Below are positions 49,756-58,517 of a stretch of 64,000 bases of DNA, in pieces (positions within the stretch are counted from its first letter, which is position 1; the number at the start of each line of letters is the position of its first letter). The notes under the pieces were generated by a model. That model saw nothing but the letters and a program-made list of their open reading frames with translations. It did no database searches and had not been told where the DNA came from. The stretch comes from a virus. Location: positions 54,053 through 118,052 of IMG/VR virus record IMGVR_UViG_3300030102_005172; one strand, written 5' to 3'. The position numbers and the translations under genes are program-made.

Positions 49756-51429
49756 TTATTGACTTATTGCTTCAAGTCCATGACAAATTACTTTACCATA
49801 GAACTCACCTCTTACCATTTGTTTAGCGTATCTTGTCATTACACCTTTTCTTGGTTGGAAGTTAGTTGGGTCATACACAAGCGGAGTCATAATTAATGGA
49901 ATGTATGGTGCGTAAACCGCTCCAGTTTCTAAGAATTGTGAACCTTTGAATCCTAATAGAATTACATTTTCTTTCATGTATGGGTTTTTGTACACTTGGT
50001 ATCTGTTAGCGAATGAACCTACTTGGCTTACACCAAACGCAAATTGCATTTCGTTACCTGTACCATTTGAATGATAACCTGGAATTGACTCGATGATTGT
50101 AGCAACATCTGGTGATACTACCATAAAGTTTGCTCCACCTCTCATAGTCTTCGCGTGAATTTGGTTAGAAACTCTCTGTATTTGCGTACCTAAAGTCTGG
50201 AACCATTGTTGTTGAGTATATCTTTCAACATTTGCGTTAAGACCACTTGATGTGAATGCGTTACCATTCCAAGAGAACCCGATTCTAGCTGACCACTTAG
50301 CTTCAGTTAAAGCATTTTCCAATAACATATCTAAGATTTCTAAGTCAATCTCTTGTGAGATGTACTCAGATAACATAGAAGTTAATTCTGCTTCAGCGTC
50401 AATTGAGTGATAAGCGTTTAAATCTTGTGCGAACTCAGGCGTCCATTGTGCTTTCAACTTTCTTGTCTTAGCTACGATTGGAACACTTCTAAGTTCAACA
50501 TTTAATTCTGGAATACCTAAATCAGAACCACCTGCAGTTGTGTCTTCAAAGTCACCTCTTGTAATATCAGTTGGTTGTTTTTGGTATTTAACTCTTACAC
50601 CTGTAAGTGCAGTTGCGTCAGTTGTGTCACTCAACAATACGATGAATGATACAGTACTTGAACCACTTGCATTTACTTTAGTGTATTCAGGATAGTAAGT
50701 AGAAATACCAGTACCAGTAATTTCAAATCCTCTTACGCCTTCAAAGTCAGCGCCAGGTAAATCTGCGTTTGCTACTGTTAATCTTCTTACTGCTCCTCTA
50801 TTAGCCGTACTTAATGAAGCTGAGAATGCACTATCATAATTAACTGCACTAAAGTTAGCGCTATTAATTGCTAATGAAATTGACTCAGTTGTAAATTTGT
50901 CTGAAGCTGCTGCTGCACCTGCTGCTGCTTGACCTAACGCCTGAGACGATGTTTCGTTAATTGAATATGCAAATCTACCTGCTCCATAAAGACCTTCACT
51001 TGCTTCAGCTGCAGTTTCAGTAATACCGAATACAGAGTCAGTTTGTGAATCTTTACCTGCACCTGTTTCAAAACCAGGTTGTGCAGTTCCATACTTAAAG
51101 TCTAAGTAAAATACAAGACCAGATGGAAGGTTCATTGGTTGTACAGAAACGAATTCCTTCGCAGCGATTTCGCTGAAAATTCTTCTAACCAATGGAAGTG
51201 CTACACCTGCCCACTCTTCAGAGTTTGCAGAAGTACCAGTTGAAGAAGCCTCTTTTACTAATTCTCTAGCTTGGTTCTCAAGTAGAGTAGCAATAGAACT
51301 TCTCTCGAAATCAGACTCGATACCTTCTAAAAGGCCAGTCTTTTCCCACTTAGATACAAGACCTTTTGACTCTTCAGACATTTTCTTGTTAAATCCAGCG
51401 GACTCGTTTAATAATGAATTTGTATCCAT
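49756..51429 (-). CDS. major capsid protein (gp23-like)
   Basis: SVQPMNLPSGL, KTRKLKAQWTPEFAQDL, EIDLEI, YAPYIPL, FQPRKGVMTRY. Confidence 0.97.
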   Translation of the reverse strand: MDTNSLLNESAGFNKKMSEESKGLVSKWEKTGLLEGIESDFERSSIATLLENQARELVKEASSTGTSANSEEWAGVALPLVRRIFSEIAAKEFVSVQPMNLPSGLVFYLDFKYGTAQPGFETGAGKDSQTDSVFGITETAAEASEGLYGAGRFAYSINETSSQALGQAAAGAAAASDKFTTESISLAINSANFSAVNYDSAFSASLSTANRGAVRRLTVANADLPGADFEGVRGFEITGTGISTYYPEYTKVNASGSSTVSFIVLLSDTTDATALTGVRVKYQKQPTDITRGDFEDTTAGGSDLGIPELNVELRSVPIVAKTRKLKAQWTPEFAQDLNAYHSIDAEAELTSMLSEYISQEIDLEILDMLLENALTEAKWSARIGFSWNGNAFTSSGLNANVERYTQQQWFQTLGTQIQRVSNQIHAKTMRGGANFMVVSPDVATIIESIPGYHSNGTGNEMQFAFGVSQVGSFANRYQVYKNPYMKENVILLGFKGSQFLETGAVYAPYIPLIMTPLVYDPTNFQPRKGVMTRYAKQMVRGEFYGKVICHGLEAISQ

Positions 51430-51452
51430 TGTTTCTTCCTCTATTTTTTAAA

Positions 51453-52649
51453 TTATTTTATTAATCCTGCTAACTTCTTAAATCTGTTAGCAACTTCGTT
51501 ACCTTCAGAGATTATTCCTTTTTTAGGTGCAGTACTTGCAGTTGGTTTAGAGGCAATTCCCTCTTTAACAACAGTTTTCTTTTTTCTTGCAACATTTAAG
51601 TTTTCACCTAATGTAGCAAAAACAAGCTTAACTTCTCTTAAGTTTGCAGCTCTATCAAAGTTCTCGATAACTTTAACTTTTTGTGACTCATTCAAATCAA
51701 AAGTTCTGAATAATTTATTAGTATAAAGTAATTTAGCATTCAATAAGTTTACTTCGTTGATTGTACCTCTTAGAGATTTGATAGTTGCGTATGCCTCTTT
51801 CAATTCTTCTTCGTAAGTTTCATCAGCGTTTTCTTCTTCGTCTACTTCATTTTCTTCTACTTCTTCTTCAGATACTTCTTCTTCATCCATATCTTCTTCT
51901 ACTTCTTCTTCATTTGCCATTTCTTTTAGAGTTTCAATGATTTCATCAATGTTTAACTCGTCATCGTTTTCAATGTCAGATGAATCGTTAGCGTCATCAG
52001 ATGGTTCAGCGTTTTCGCCATCACCAATATCAGATGAGTCAAGTTCTTCTTTTACTTCTTCTTCCTCGTCAACTTCTTCTTCCTCGTTGATTGAAGCTTC
52101 TAATTCTTTGATTACAGATTCCAAGTCAAGTTCTTCTTCCATGTCTTCTTCATCCATCTCTTCACCTTCGTAAGTTTCGTCTGCAGGACCTTCTTCTTTT
52201 TCTTCTTCGTCATGCATTTCGTCTTCGTGTGAATCGACTTCTGAGTCAATCATGTCTTCGACTTCTTCTTTTTCTTCTGAATCTAATTCTTCGTCAGCTT
52301 TTTCCTCTTCGGAAACTTCCTCTTCGTCAGCTTTTTCCTCAGACATTTCTTCGTCAGCCTTTTCCATTTCATCAGCTTTTTCCATTTCATCGACATCCAT
52401 TTCGTCTGCCTTTTCCATTTCGTCTGCTTTTTCCATTTCGTCTGCTTTTACGCCCATTTCCTCAGAGTTCATTTCTTCCTCTTCGTCCATGTCTTCTTCG
52501 TCTAATTCTTCAGCTATCTTATGAGAAAGCATTGATTGAAGTTTTGGAGTGAAGGCTTCTTCTAAGGCCATCTTTGCGTTTGCTAATGCAGTTTCTTTTA
52601 CTGCCTTTGCGTCTGCGATTGCCTCTTTTAATAAATCAGATTTAGCCAT
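51453..52649 (-). CDS. prohead core / scaffold protein
   Basis: Highly acidic with KADEME repeats; EVNLLNAKLLY; directly upstream of the capsid gene. Confidence 0.85.
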   Translation of the reverse strand: MAKSDLLKEAIADAKAVKETALANAKMALEEAFTPKLQSMLSHKIAEELDEEDMDEEEEMNSEEMGVKADEMEKADEMEKADEMDVDEMEKADEMEKADEEMSEEKADEEEVSEEEKADEELDSEEKEEVEDMIDSEVDSHEDEMHDEEEKEEGPADETYEGEEMDEEDMEEELDLESVIKELEASINEEEEVDEEEEVKEELDSSDIGDGENAEPSDDANDSSDIENDDELNIDEIIETLKEMANEEEVEEDMDEEEVSEEEVEENEVDEEENADETYEEELKEAYATIKSLRGTINEVNLLNAKLLYTNKLFRTFDLNESQKVKVIENFDRAANLREVKLVFATLGENLNVARKKKTVVKEGIASKPTASTAPKKGIISEGNEVANRFKKLAGLIK

Positions 52650-52680
52650 TTCTGTCTCTCCTTAATTAAATTTTGGATAA

Positions 52681-52748
52681 TAAGATTATTGGGAATCTTA
52701 ATAACGATTGTTATTATATAAATAAGTGACTACACATTGGGGTGTAGT
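52681..52748 (-). promoter_or_regulatory. leader of scaffold-capsid operon with two CCCAAU-loop hairpins
   Basis: ACTACAC-CCCAAT-GTGTAGT and TAAGATT-CCCAAT-AATCTTA; late motifs at 52717 and 52761. Confidence 0.6.
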
Positions 52749-52809
52749 ATTGTGTTCGGTAATAAATATAGGTCAAAAAGTAAAAACGCTAAAGTGTTTA
52801 CTACTTTAT

Positions 52810-53058
52810 TTAATGGTCTGACCTAATTCTTCTTATATATTCTTTTCGAATTGCGTCCATCTTTTGTTTTCTTTTGATTGCAGATGGTTTAATAAATTCT
52901 TTTCTATCTTTTACTTCTTGTAGTACACCCGACTCTTTTACTTGTCTTTTCCAAAACTTGAGTGCGGCTTCAATATTTCCGTTTACTACTTTTGCAGCTT
53001 TATATCTGCCAGGAATAATCATTTGTTCCTTCCTTACCTTCTTGAATCTTTTTGTCAT
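52810..53058 (-). CDS. rpsU: phage-encoded 30S ribosomal protein bS21
   Basis: NIEAALKFWKRQVKESGVLQEVKDRKEFIKPSAIKR signature. Confidence 0.9.
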   Translation of the reverse strand: MTKRFKKVRKEQMIIPGRYKAAKVVNGNIEAALKFWKRQVKESGVLQEVKDRKEFIKPSAIKRKQKMDAIRKEYIRRIRSDH

Positions 53059-53097
53059 ATATAAAAATTAAAACACCTATCGTTATTGACAGGTGTA

Positions 53098-53105
53098 TAT
53101 AAATA
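53098..53105 (-). promoter_or_regulatory. putative late promoter motif TATTTATA (representative of about 20 copies)
   Basis: Copies or 1-mismatch variants at 8162, 11675, 21778, 23315, 23907, 26372, 26714, 29284, 33026, 41658, 43878, 48965, 49682, 52717, 52761, 56513, 58482, 61112, 62166, all upstream of ORFs. Confidence 0.75.
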
Positions 53106-53129
53106 TAAAAAAATTTTTAATGAAATTGT

Positions 53130-53288
53130 TTATGCTGATAAATCGTCAACTTTTTCTTTGAACTCAATAAATGCTTTTGCAAATGCTTTTTTTGTCTTAG
53201 GGTCTAACTTCTGAATGTTCTTAAGTGCTTTCTTATACATAAAAGAAAGGTCTACTGATATGTCTTGTAAGATTTCTGCTTTGTCCAT
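53130..53288 (-). CDS. small hypothetical protein (52 aa)
   Basis: Manual ORF MDKAEILQDISVDLSF...; TAATG stop-start overlap with the upstream gene. Confidence 0.65.
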   Translation of the reverse strand: MDKAEILQDISVDLSFMYKKALKNIQKLDPKTKKAFAKAFIEFKEKVDDLSA

Positions 53289-53734
53289 TACTTTACTTTA
53301 CCACTACTTTCAAGTTCTTTTGCCGTACCGATTACATAACGCAATGCAGTTGCAAGGTCTCTGTTCATATATTTAGCAATCTTTCTAACTGCCATCATTA
53401 CGATTCTTTTTTCTTCAGTAGAGTATCCTTCGTTAACATAGTGTCCCTCATTTACTGATTCCATAAATACAGTTCTACCATATCCGTCTTCAATAGAAAC
53501 TCCTCTACCCTTATGCTTTTTATTGTACTTGTGATACATCTTAATCGCATCTTCAACTTTGTCATAAGATTTTGGTGAGTGGTCAACCACTTTCTTACTC
53601 ATGTTTCCATGTCTAACAATAATAGTGTATGGTCCACCTCTTTCTTTTTTCTTGATGGAGTTTTTGATTTCTGAATCAGAAACTTTTTCGTCTATTGATT
53701 TAGACTCATTTAATATGTTTTTTAATTTAATCAT
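53288..53734 (-). CDS. putative internal head protein
   Basis: MIKLKNILNE N-terminus; ESVNEG and YVNEG sites. Confidence 0.65.
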   Translation of the reverse strand: MIKLKNILNESKSIDEKVSDSEIKNSIKKKERGGPYTIIVRHGNMSKKVVDHSPKSYDKVEDAIKMYHKYNKKHKGRGVSIEDGYGRTVFMESVNEGHYVNEGYSTEEKRIVMMAVRKIAKYMNRDLATALRYVIGTAKELESSGKVK

Positions 53735-54303
53735 TTTATTAGGTCTTTCAATTTCATTGATTTAGATTCATTTGTAAATTCTTTTGCATTTTCTTTATCA
53801 TCTTTGTCAACAGACTTTACAGGATATTTTTTACCATCTACTTCAAATTCATTTTCTCCTTTAGCAATCGCTTTAGCTCTTGCAGCGCCAAATTCGTTTC
53901 CTTCTTTAATTTCATAATATTTCGAAAGTACTTCACCGATTTCATCATAAGTGGACTCCAATCTCTGTTGTAGTGTATGAACCTCTGTTAAAGTCTTTTG
54001 GAAAACTTTAAAAGATTCGTTCATAGATTTCATGTGTCTATTTACTGTAACTCTATCAAACCAATCACCTGTTTCTTCAAGTGTTACTTTGTTTGCGTTT
54101 TCAACAATACCTTTAATAGCAGTATATGTTTCCATAAGGTCACCATTACGATAAATTGTTTCACCAAATTTCTTGTATGCAGATACGGCTTCAAGAAATG
54201 CTTTCTTTTCTTCAGAAGTCATTTTTTGTTCTTTTTCTTCTTCACCGATATTTAGTCTTCTATAATCTTTAGTAGATTCTTTTAATAAGCTTTTTAATTT
54301 CAT
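53731..54303 (-). CDS. putative prohead core/internal protein
   Basis: MKLKSLLKE N-terminus; follows the protease gene. Confidence 0.65.
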   Translation of the reverse strand: MKLKSLLKESTKDYRRLNIGEEEKEQKMTSEEKKAFLEAVSAYKKFGETIYRNGDLMETYTAIKGIVENANKVTLEETGDWFDRVTVNRHMKSMNESFKVFQKTLTEVHTLQQRLESTYDEIGEVLSKYYEIKEGNEFGAARAKAIAKGENEFEVDGKKYPVKSVDKDDKENAKEFTNESKSMKLKDLIK

Positions 54304-54316
54304 AATTAGTCCCTAT

Positions 54317-54949
54317 CTAAAAACACTCACAATATCCACCAACTTCACAAATGATGTCTCTCATGATGTTTTGTGCTTTGTTATACCTATAAGTATCCTG
54401 TTTTCTCTCAATACCTTCTTTTAATACACCTTCATTTTTTGGTGACATAAATGCTCCATGAGTTGAAGGATTAGATACAAAGTCCCAACAAATTAATTCA
54501 AAATCATTTTCTACTGCAACAGTACCATCTTCACTAATTTGTTTTACTGAACCCATTCCTCTCGATGAAATACCAACCGTACATCCTGCGTTGATTATTT
54601 CTTGTAATATTTTTCCTGTGGGTGTGTTTAGAATCTCTACTGTTCCAACCACATCATCACCACGCCATTTTACATCTCTTACAATATGAGATGTATTTTT
54701 TAATTCAACTACTGAAGACTCTGGGTGGTCAAGTTCACCATATGCTCTATTCTCAGCAATTTCTCTTCCCATATACTTAGTAACTTCTCGTTTAAGAATA
54801 TCTTTTGGATAGACTCTACCATTTTGATTTTTAGCATTTGCTCTTTGAAGAACACCATTAACTAAAAATCTACCATGTTGGGTTTTTGCCTCAGCCAACA
54901 TAGTAGGAGTTACTTCAAATACCATTGTGTCAATAAGTAATTCTTTCAT
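54317..54949 (-). CDS. prohead protease (gp21-like)
   Basis: NQNGRVYP, GELDHP, GISSRGMGS, DFVSNPSTHGA. Confidence 0.95.
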   Translation of the reverse strand: MKELLIDTMVFEVTPTMLAEAKTQHGRFLVNGVLQRANAKNQNGRVYPKDILKREVTKYMGREIAENRAYGELDHPESSVVELKNTSHIVRDVKWRGDDVVGTVEILNTPTGKILQEIINAGCTVGISSRGMGSVKQISEDGTVAVENDFELICWDFVSNPSTHGAFMSPKNEGVLKEGIERKQDTYRYNKAQNIMRDIICEVGGYCECF

Positions 54950-55099
54950 CTAGCCTTCCCATTGTTTTTTCTTACGATATAAATCAAAGAATACTCTAGC
55001 CAATTCGTGTCGAATTAGTTTTCTGATTTGTTGGATATCACTTACTTCCAACTCCTCTTTCAAGGTCATCTTTTTATTTTCATTACATCCACAAGACAT
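54950..55099 (-). CDS. small hypothetical protein (49 aa)
   Basis: Manual ORF MSCGCNENKK...IRHELARVFFDLYRKKKQWEG that exactly fills the gap. Confidence 0.65.
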   Translation of the reverse strand: MSCGCNENKKMTLKEELEVSDIQQIRKLIRHELARVFFDLYRKKKQWEG

Positions 55100-55100
55100 A

Positions 55101-55646
55101 TTATGCACTCAATTCTTTTAGTTGTCGTGCAACTTTTAACATTCTTTCAGAAATTTTTCCAAATCTTCTTTGTGTTGATTTCCAATATTGTCCGTTGTGT
55201 ACACCCATTTCTGTTTTAAGTTTGGAGTTCTGACTTACAATCTTAGTTATTTCCCACATCAGTCTATTAATCTCTTTAATTGAATTGTTTACCTTTTGAT
55301 GAGCTTTCATTGACTCGTCATTTTTGTAATCACGATAACTTGCTTCAACTATCTTTTCTAACTTAGCTTCAATCTTACTGATAGATTCTAATTTTTTAAT
55401 ATTCTTATTTGTCTTCTTAGATTTTTTATATCCAAGTACTTCTATGTGGTCATCGTCCATGTCGTCCTCACTTTTTGCAAATGCGTAAGGAGTTCTTGGT
55501 GGACCTGCTCCACCATCTAAATTACCCGTAACATTTGCCTCATCTTGAGTTTCTTCTTCATCTTCATCTTGTCCGAGTAGAACAGTTTTCTTTTCCTCTA
55601 ACTCATCAAATCTTTTATCAAGTTGTTCAAGTAAAAATTTAGACAT
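55101..55646 (-). CDS. hypothetical head-module protein
   Basis: SD AAGGAG; GPPRTPYAF motif. Confidence 0.75.
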   Translation of the reverse strand: MSKFLLEQLDKRFDELEEKKTVLLGQDEDEEETQDEANVTGNLDGGAGPPRTPYAFAKSEDDMDDDHIEVLGYKKSKKTNKNIKKLESISKIEAKLEKIVEASYRDYKNDESMKAHQKVNNSIKEINRLMWEITKIVSQNSKLKTEMGVHNGQYWKSTQRRFGKISERMLKVARQLKELSA

Positions 55647-56482
55647 TATTTTCTCCTTAGTTCTTCTAATAGTTGATTATATCTTAAAAGAGCCAATACC
55701 TGATTTTCGTTTACTACTTTATGCTTAGTTAACTCTCTTATCAGATTTATGGTTTCATTTAATTTTATCTGAGTAACTTTATCTGCAATCTTAATTGATT
55801 TCAGTTCTCTTTTTAATCTAGCTACTTCAGAAACAACAAACTTTCTCAATTTTTGAGAATTATCAATATTATTGATGTAGTTCTTTAATATAAGTTTTTG
55901 AGCCTCAGATAAACTTGAGTATTTTGAATTAAATGAGTTTACTAAAAACTTATATGCTAACAATCTAACTTCTTTTGGTTGTTTAGCGTACTCTTTATTT
56001 GAAGTGTCTTCTTTTATTACAACTTTATCAGTTGTAATCGCTTCAAATATTGTATTTTTACATTCAACATACTCTTTTGGTGAAAATGATTCTGTATTTT
56101 CGAATAATTTGTATGCCGATGCCAATTCTTTGTAATTATTAACTCTATATTTGAAAAAGTCTTCAATTACATAAGAATTCTTTATTGATTTAATCAAATT
56201 ATATTTTTCTCTTCTAAGATTCGTCTCATTTAACTTAGCTCTTTCTTTCAAAACTATGTTTAGAAATTCTTGTGCCTTGTATTGTGAATCAAAGTTCTCT
56301 TTTGTAAGAGCTTGGTATAATTTTAATTCAGTTGCAAGTTGAGAACCTCTTTTGAAGTGTTTTTTAATAATTTGAGTGGCATAACAAGTGGTATCTGATA
56401 ATGTATCAGAGGCAATTTGTCTAACTAATAGTTCAAACAAAATACCTGTGTTTTTAAATTTGCTATGTTTTAATTTACTCAT
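55646..56482 (-). CDS. hypothetical head-module protein
   Basis: KHSKFKNTGILFELLVRQI; start placed at MSKLKHSK. Confidence 0.75.
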   Translation of the reverse strand: MSKLKHSKFKNTGILFELLVRQIASDTLSDTTCYATQIIKKHFKRGSQLATELKLYQALTKENFDSQYKAQEFLNIVLKERAKLNETNLRREKYNLIKSIKNSYVIEDFFKYRVNNYKELASAYKLFENTESFSPKEYVECKNTIFEAITTDKVVIKEDTSNKEYAKQPKEVRLLAYKFLVNSFNSKYSSLSEAQKLILKNYINNIDNSQKLRKFVVSEVARLKRELKSIKIADKVTQIKLNETINLIRELTKHKVVNENQVLALLRYNQLLEELRRK

Positions 56483-56532
56483 TCTTACTGCCTTAATTAT
56501 TAACAACTACAATATAAATATCTAAAAAATAA

Positions 56533-58443
56533 CTAAATCGTGTCGTCTATTAAATTCTTCTCATCTAATAACCCACCTTTATCATCATGTTGTGAGTCAT
56601 CTTTCAAAGATTCTAATATAACTTTCTTAGTTTTTCTTTTCATTTTACCGAGAGAGTTGTTAAGTGCCTCGGCTTGTTCGTATGCTAATGGTGATAGTTT
56701 ATTTTTACTATATGACTTCTCTGGCTTAGCTGCTCTTCTATTAATTTTCTGACCTAATGGGTCTCTACCAAATGGATTATCATCTGTTTTGTAGTTACCA
56801 GCTTTAGGTGGTCTTCCTGCACCATCAAACCCACCTTCGGGTGCGCCAGGTTCAGTTGGAACACCTGCGTTTCCATATTCATTTTGTGAACCATCCTCAC
56901 CATCACCATTTTGTTGTATCATAGCCAAATCATGTGGAGTACCAAATGATTCACCTGATTTTATTGGGTCATTACCTTCTGATTCTATCTGTTCATGTCT
57001 AAATCCAAGTTTCAAGTCATTAATTACTTTACCTTGTTCAAGTTTCCACTCATCATCTGACATATTAAAGATGTTTTTGTATACCCATTCTTGAGATACC
57101 ATCTTAAGGTCTTTTAAGTCACTAGCTAATCTTGTCTTTTCACTCCAAAGGTTTGCTTTTTCTTGTTCATATATGATTGATGGGTTTGTTAACTCTAATT
57201 CAAAGTTAACTAAGTCAGCATTTTCATATCCTTGTGAGTATAAGTGTATAATAGCAATTTTTGTTAATTCAGATAATACAATTTTCTGTAATCTTTCAAC
57301 AGTTCTTGCAAATCTAATGTCCTCTTGTGCAAGAGTTGCTTTACCTTCAACACCTTCTTCGTATCCAATGAATGCTTTTGGAACTTTAAGTGCTGCCATC
57401 ATTCTATTTCTTAGGTATTCGATGTCATCAATACCACCAAACTCCATTCCTTGTAAAGAATCAATCTCAGTACCACTTTGACCACCTCTTACAGGTAGAT
57501 AATAGTCTTCTAACATATTCATTAAGTTAAACTTAAGATTATAGTCACCTGTATTTTGGTCTAAGTAAGGAACTTTCTTCATTTGGTCAATAATACTTCT
57601 CATGTGATTATCAACTTCACTTGGTGGAATGTTACCTACATCAATTTTGAAGATTCTCTTTTCAGGAGCCCTCATGATTCTGTGAATCATCATTGCGTCT
57701 TCCATAAGAGTTAATTGTTTCCAAGTTTTTCTTGCACCTTCTAATAGTGAACGACCATATGGAAGGAAGTTAGTATCAGTCATTAACCTAAAGTGTGCCA
57801 TTTGGTAGAACTCTAAGTAATCTGCCTTTTTATTTGAAGCGACACCATGAGCTGCACCAGCCGAACCTATCTTAAATCTTACTTCATATGGATTTTCAGG
57901 ATTAAATCCTTCTTCTCTTTCTATTTCATATGCTGAAAGTGGTGATACATTAACGATTCCCACACCCTCTTCAATATCAAGGTGTAAAAAGTAATCACCA
58001 TACTTGTTCATACCTCTAATCCACGACCAAAGATTAAACTCAATGTTTAATACATCATAGAAAAGGTTCTGTAATATCTTTTTTACATTTTCATCATTAG
58101 TTTTAATTCTCAATACATCACCCATATCATTTTTTAGGGTACATTCGTCTGAGTATATATCTAATACAGATGCGATGATTGAATCTTTGTCCATCGCTTC
58201 ATAGTCTGTATATAATTCTAATTTATTTGAGTGATAGTTAAACTGATTATTATATGTTTCCCAATGTTTTCTGGTAGTGTGTAATCTACCGAACCTATCA
58301 TAATAGGAAGAACTCCTCAAGTTACCTTGTGATTGTAGTCTTTGGGTATCAATAGCTTGTGTATTACCTTTACCAATCCTACGAACAACAACTTGAGTGT
58401 TGAATAATTTTTTTAATCTACCAAATAATGATTTATCTGCCAT
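56533..58443 (-). CDS. portal protein (gp20-like)
   Basis: LMEDAMMIHRIMRAPEKRIFKIDVGN, EDYYLP.RG, GTEIDSL, ALKVPK. Confidence 0.96.
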   Translation of the reverse strand: MADKSLFGRLKKLFNTQVVVRRIGKGNTQAIDTQRLQSQGNLRSSSYYDRFGRLHTTRKHWETYNNQFNYHSNKLELYTDYEAMDKDSIIASVLDIYSDECTLKNDMGDVLRIKTNDENVKKILQNLFYDVLNIEFNLWSWIRGMNKYGDYFLHLDIEEGVGIVNVSPLSAYEIEREEGFNPENPYEVRFKIGSAGAAHGVASNKKADYLEFYQMAHFRLMTDTNFLPYGRSLLEGARKTWKQLTLMEDAMMIHRIMRAPEKRIFKIDVGNIPPSEVDNHMRSIIDQMKKVPYLDQNTGDYNLKFNLMNMLEDYYLPVRGGQSGTEIDSLQGMEFGGIDDIEYLRNRMMAALKVPKAFIGYEEGVEGKATLAQEDIRFARTVERLQKIVLSELTKIAIIHLYSQGYENADLVNFELELTNPSIIYEQEKANLWSEKTRLASDLKDLKMVSQEWVYKNIFNMSDDEWKLEQGKVINDLKLGFRHEQIESEGNDPIKSGESFGTPHDLAMIQQNGDGEDGSQNEYGNAGVPTEPGAPEGGFDGAGRPPKAGNYKTDDNPFGRDPLGQKINRRAAKPEKSYSKNKLSPLAYEQAEALNNSLGKMKRKTKKVILESLKDDSQHDDKGGLLDEKNLIDDTI

Positions 58444-58483
58444 AATTTTAGTTTCTAATTATATAGTATACTTATACAATCTA

Positions 58484-58515
58484 TAAATATACAAAAAAAA
58501 TAGTTTATATCCAAA
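58484..58515 (-). promoter_or_regulatory. composite promoter TTTG-N20-TATATTTA(TA) upstream of portal
   Basis: The host-type spacing and the late motif overlap. Confidence 0.55.
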
Positions 58516-58517
58516 TT

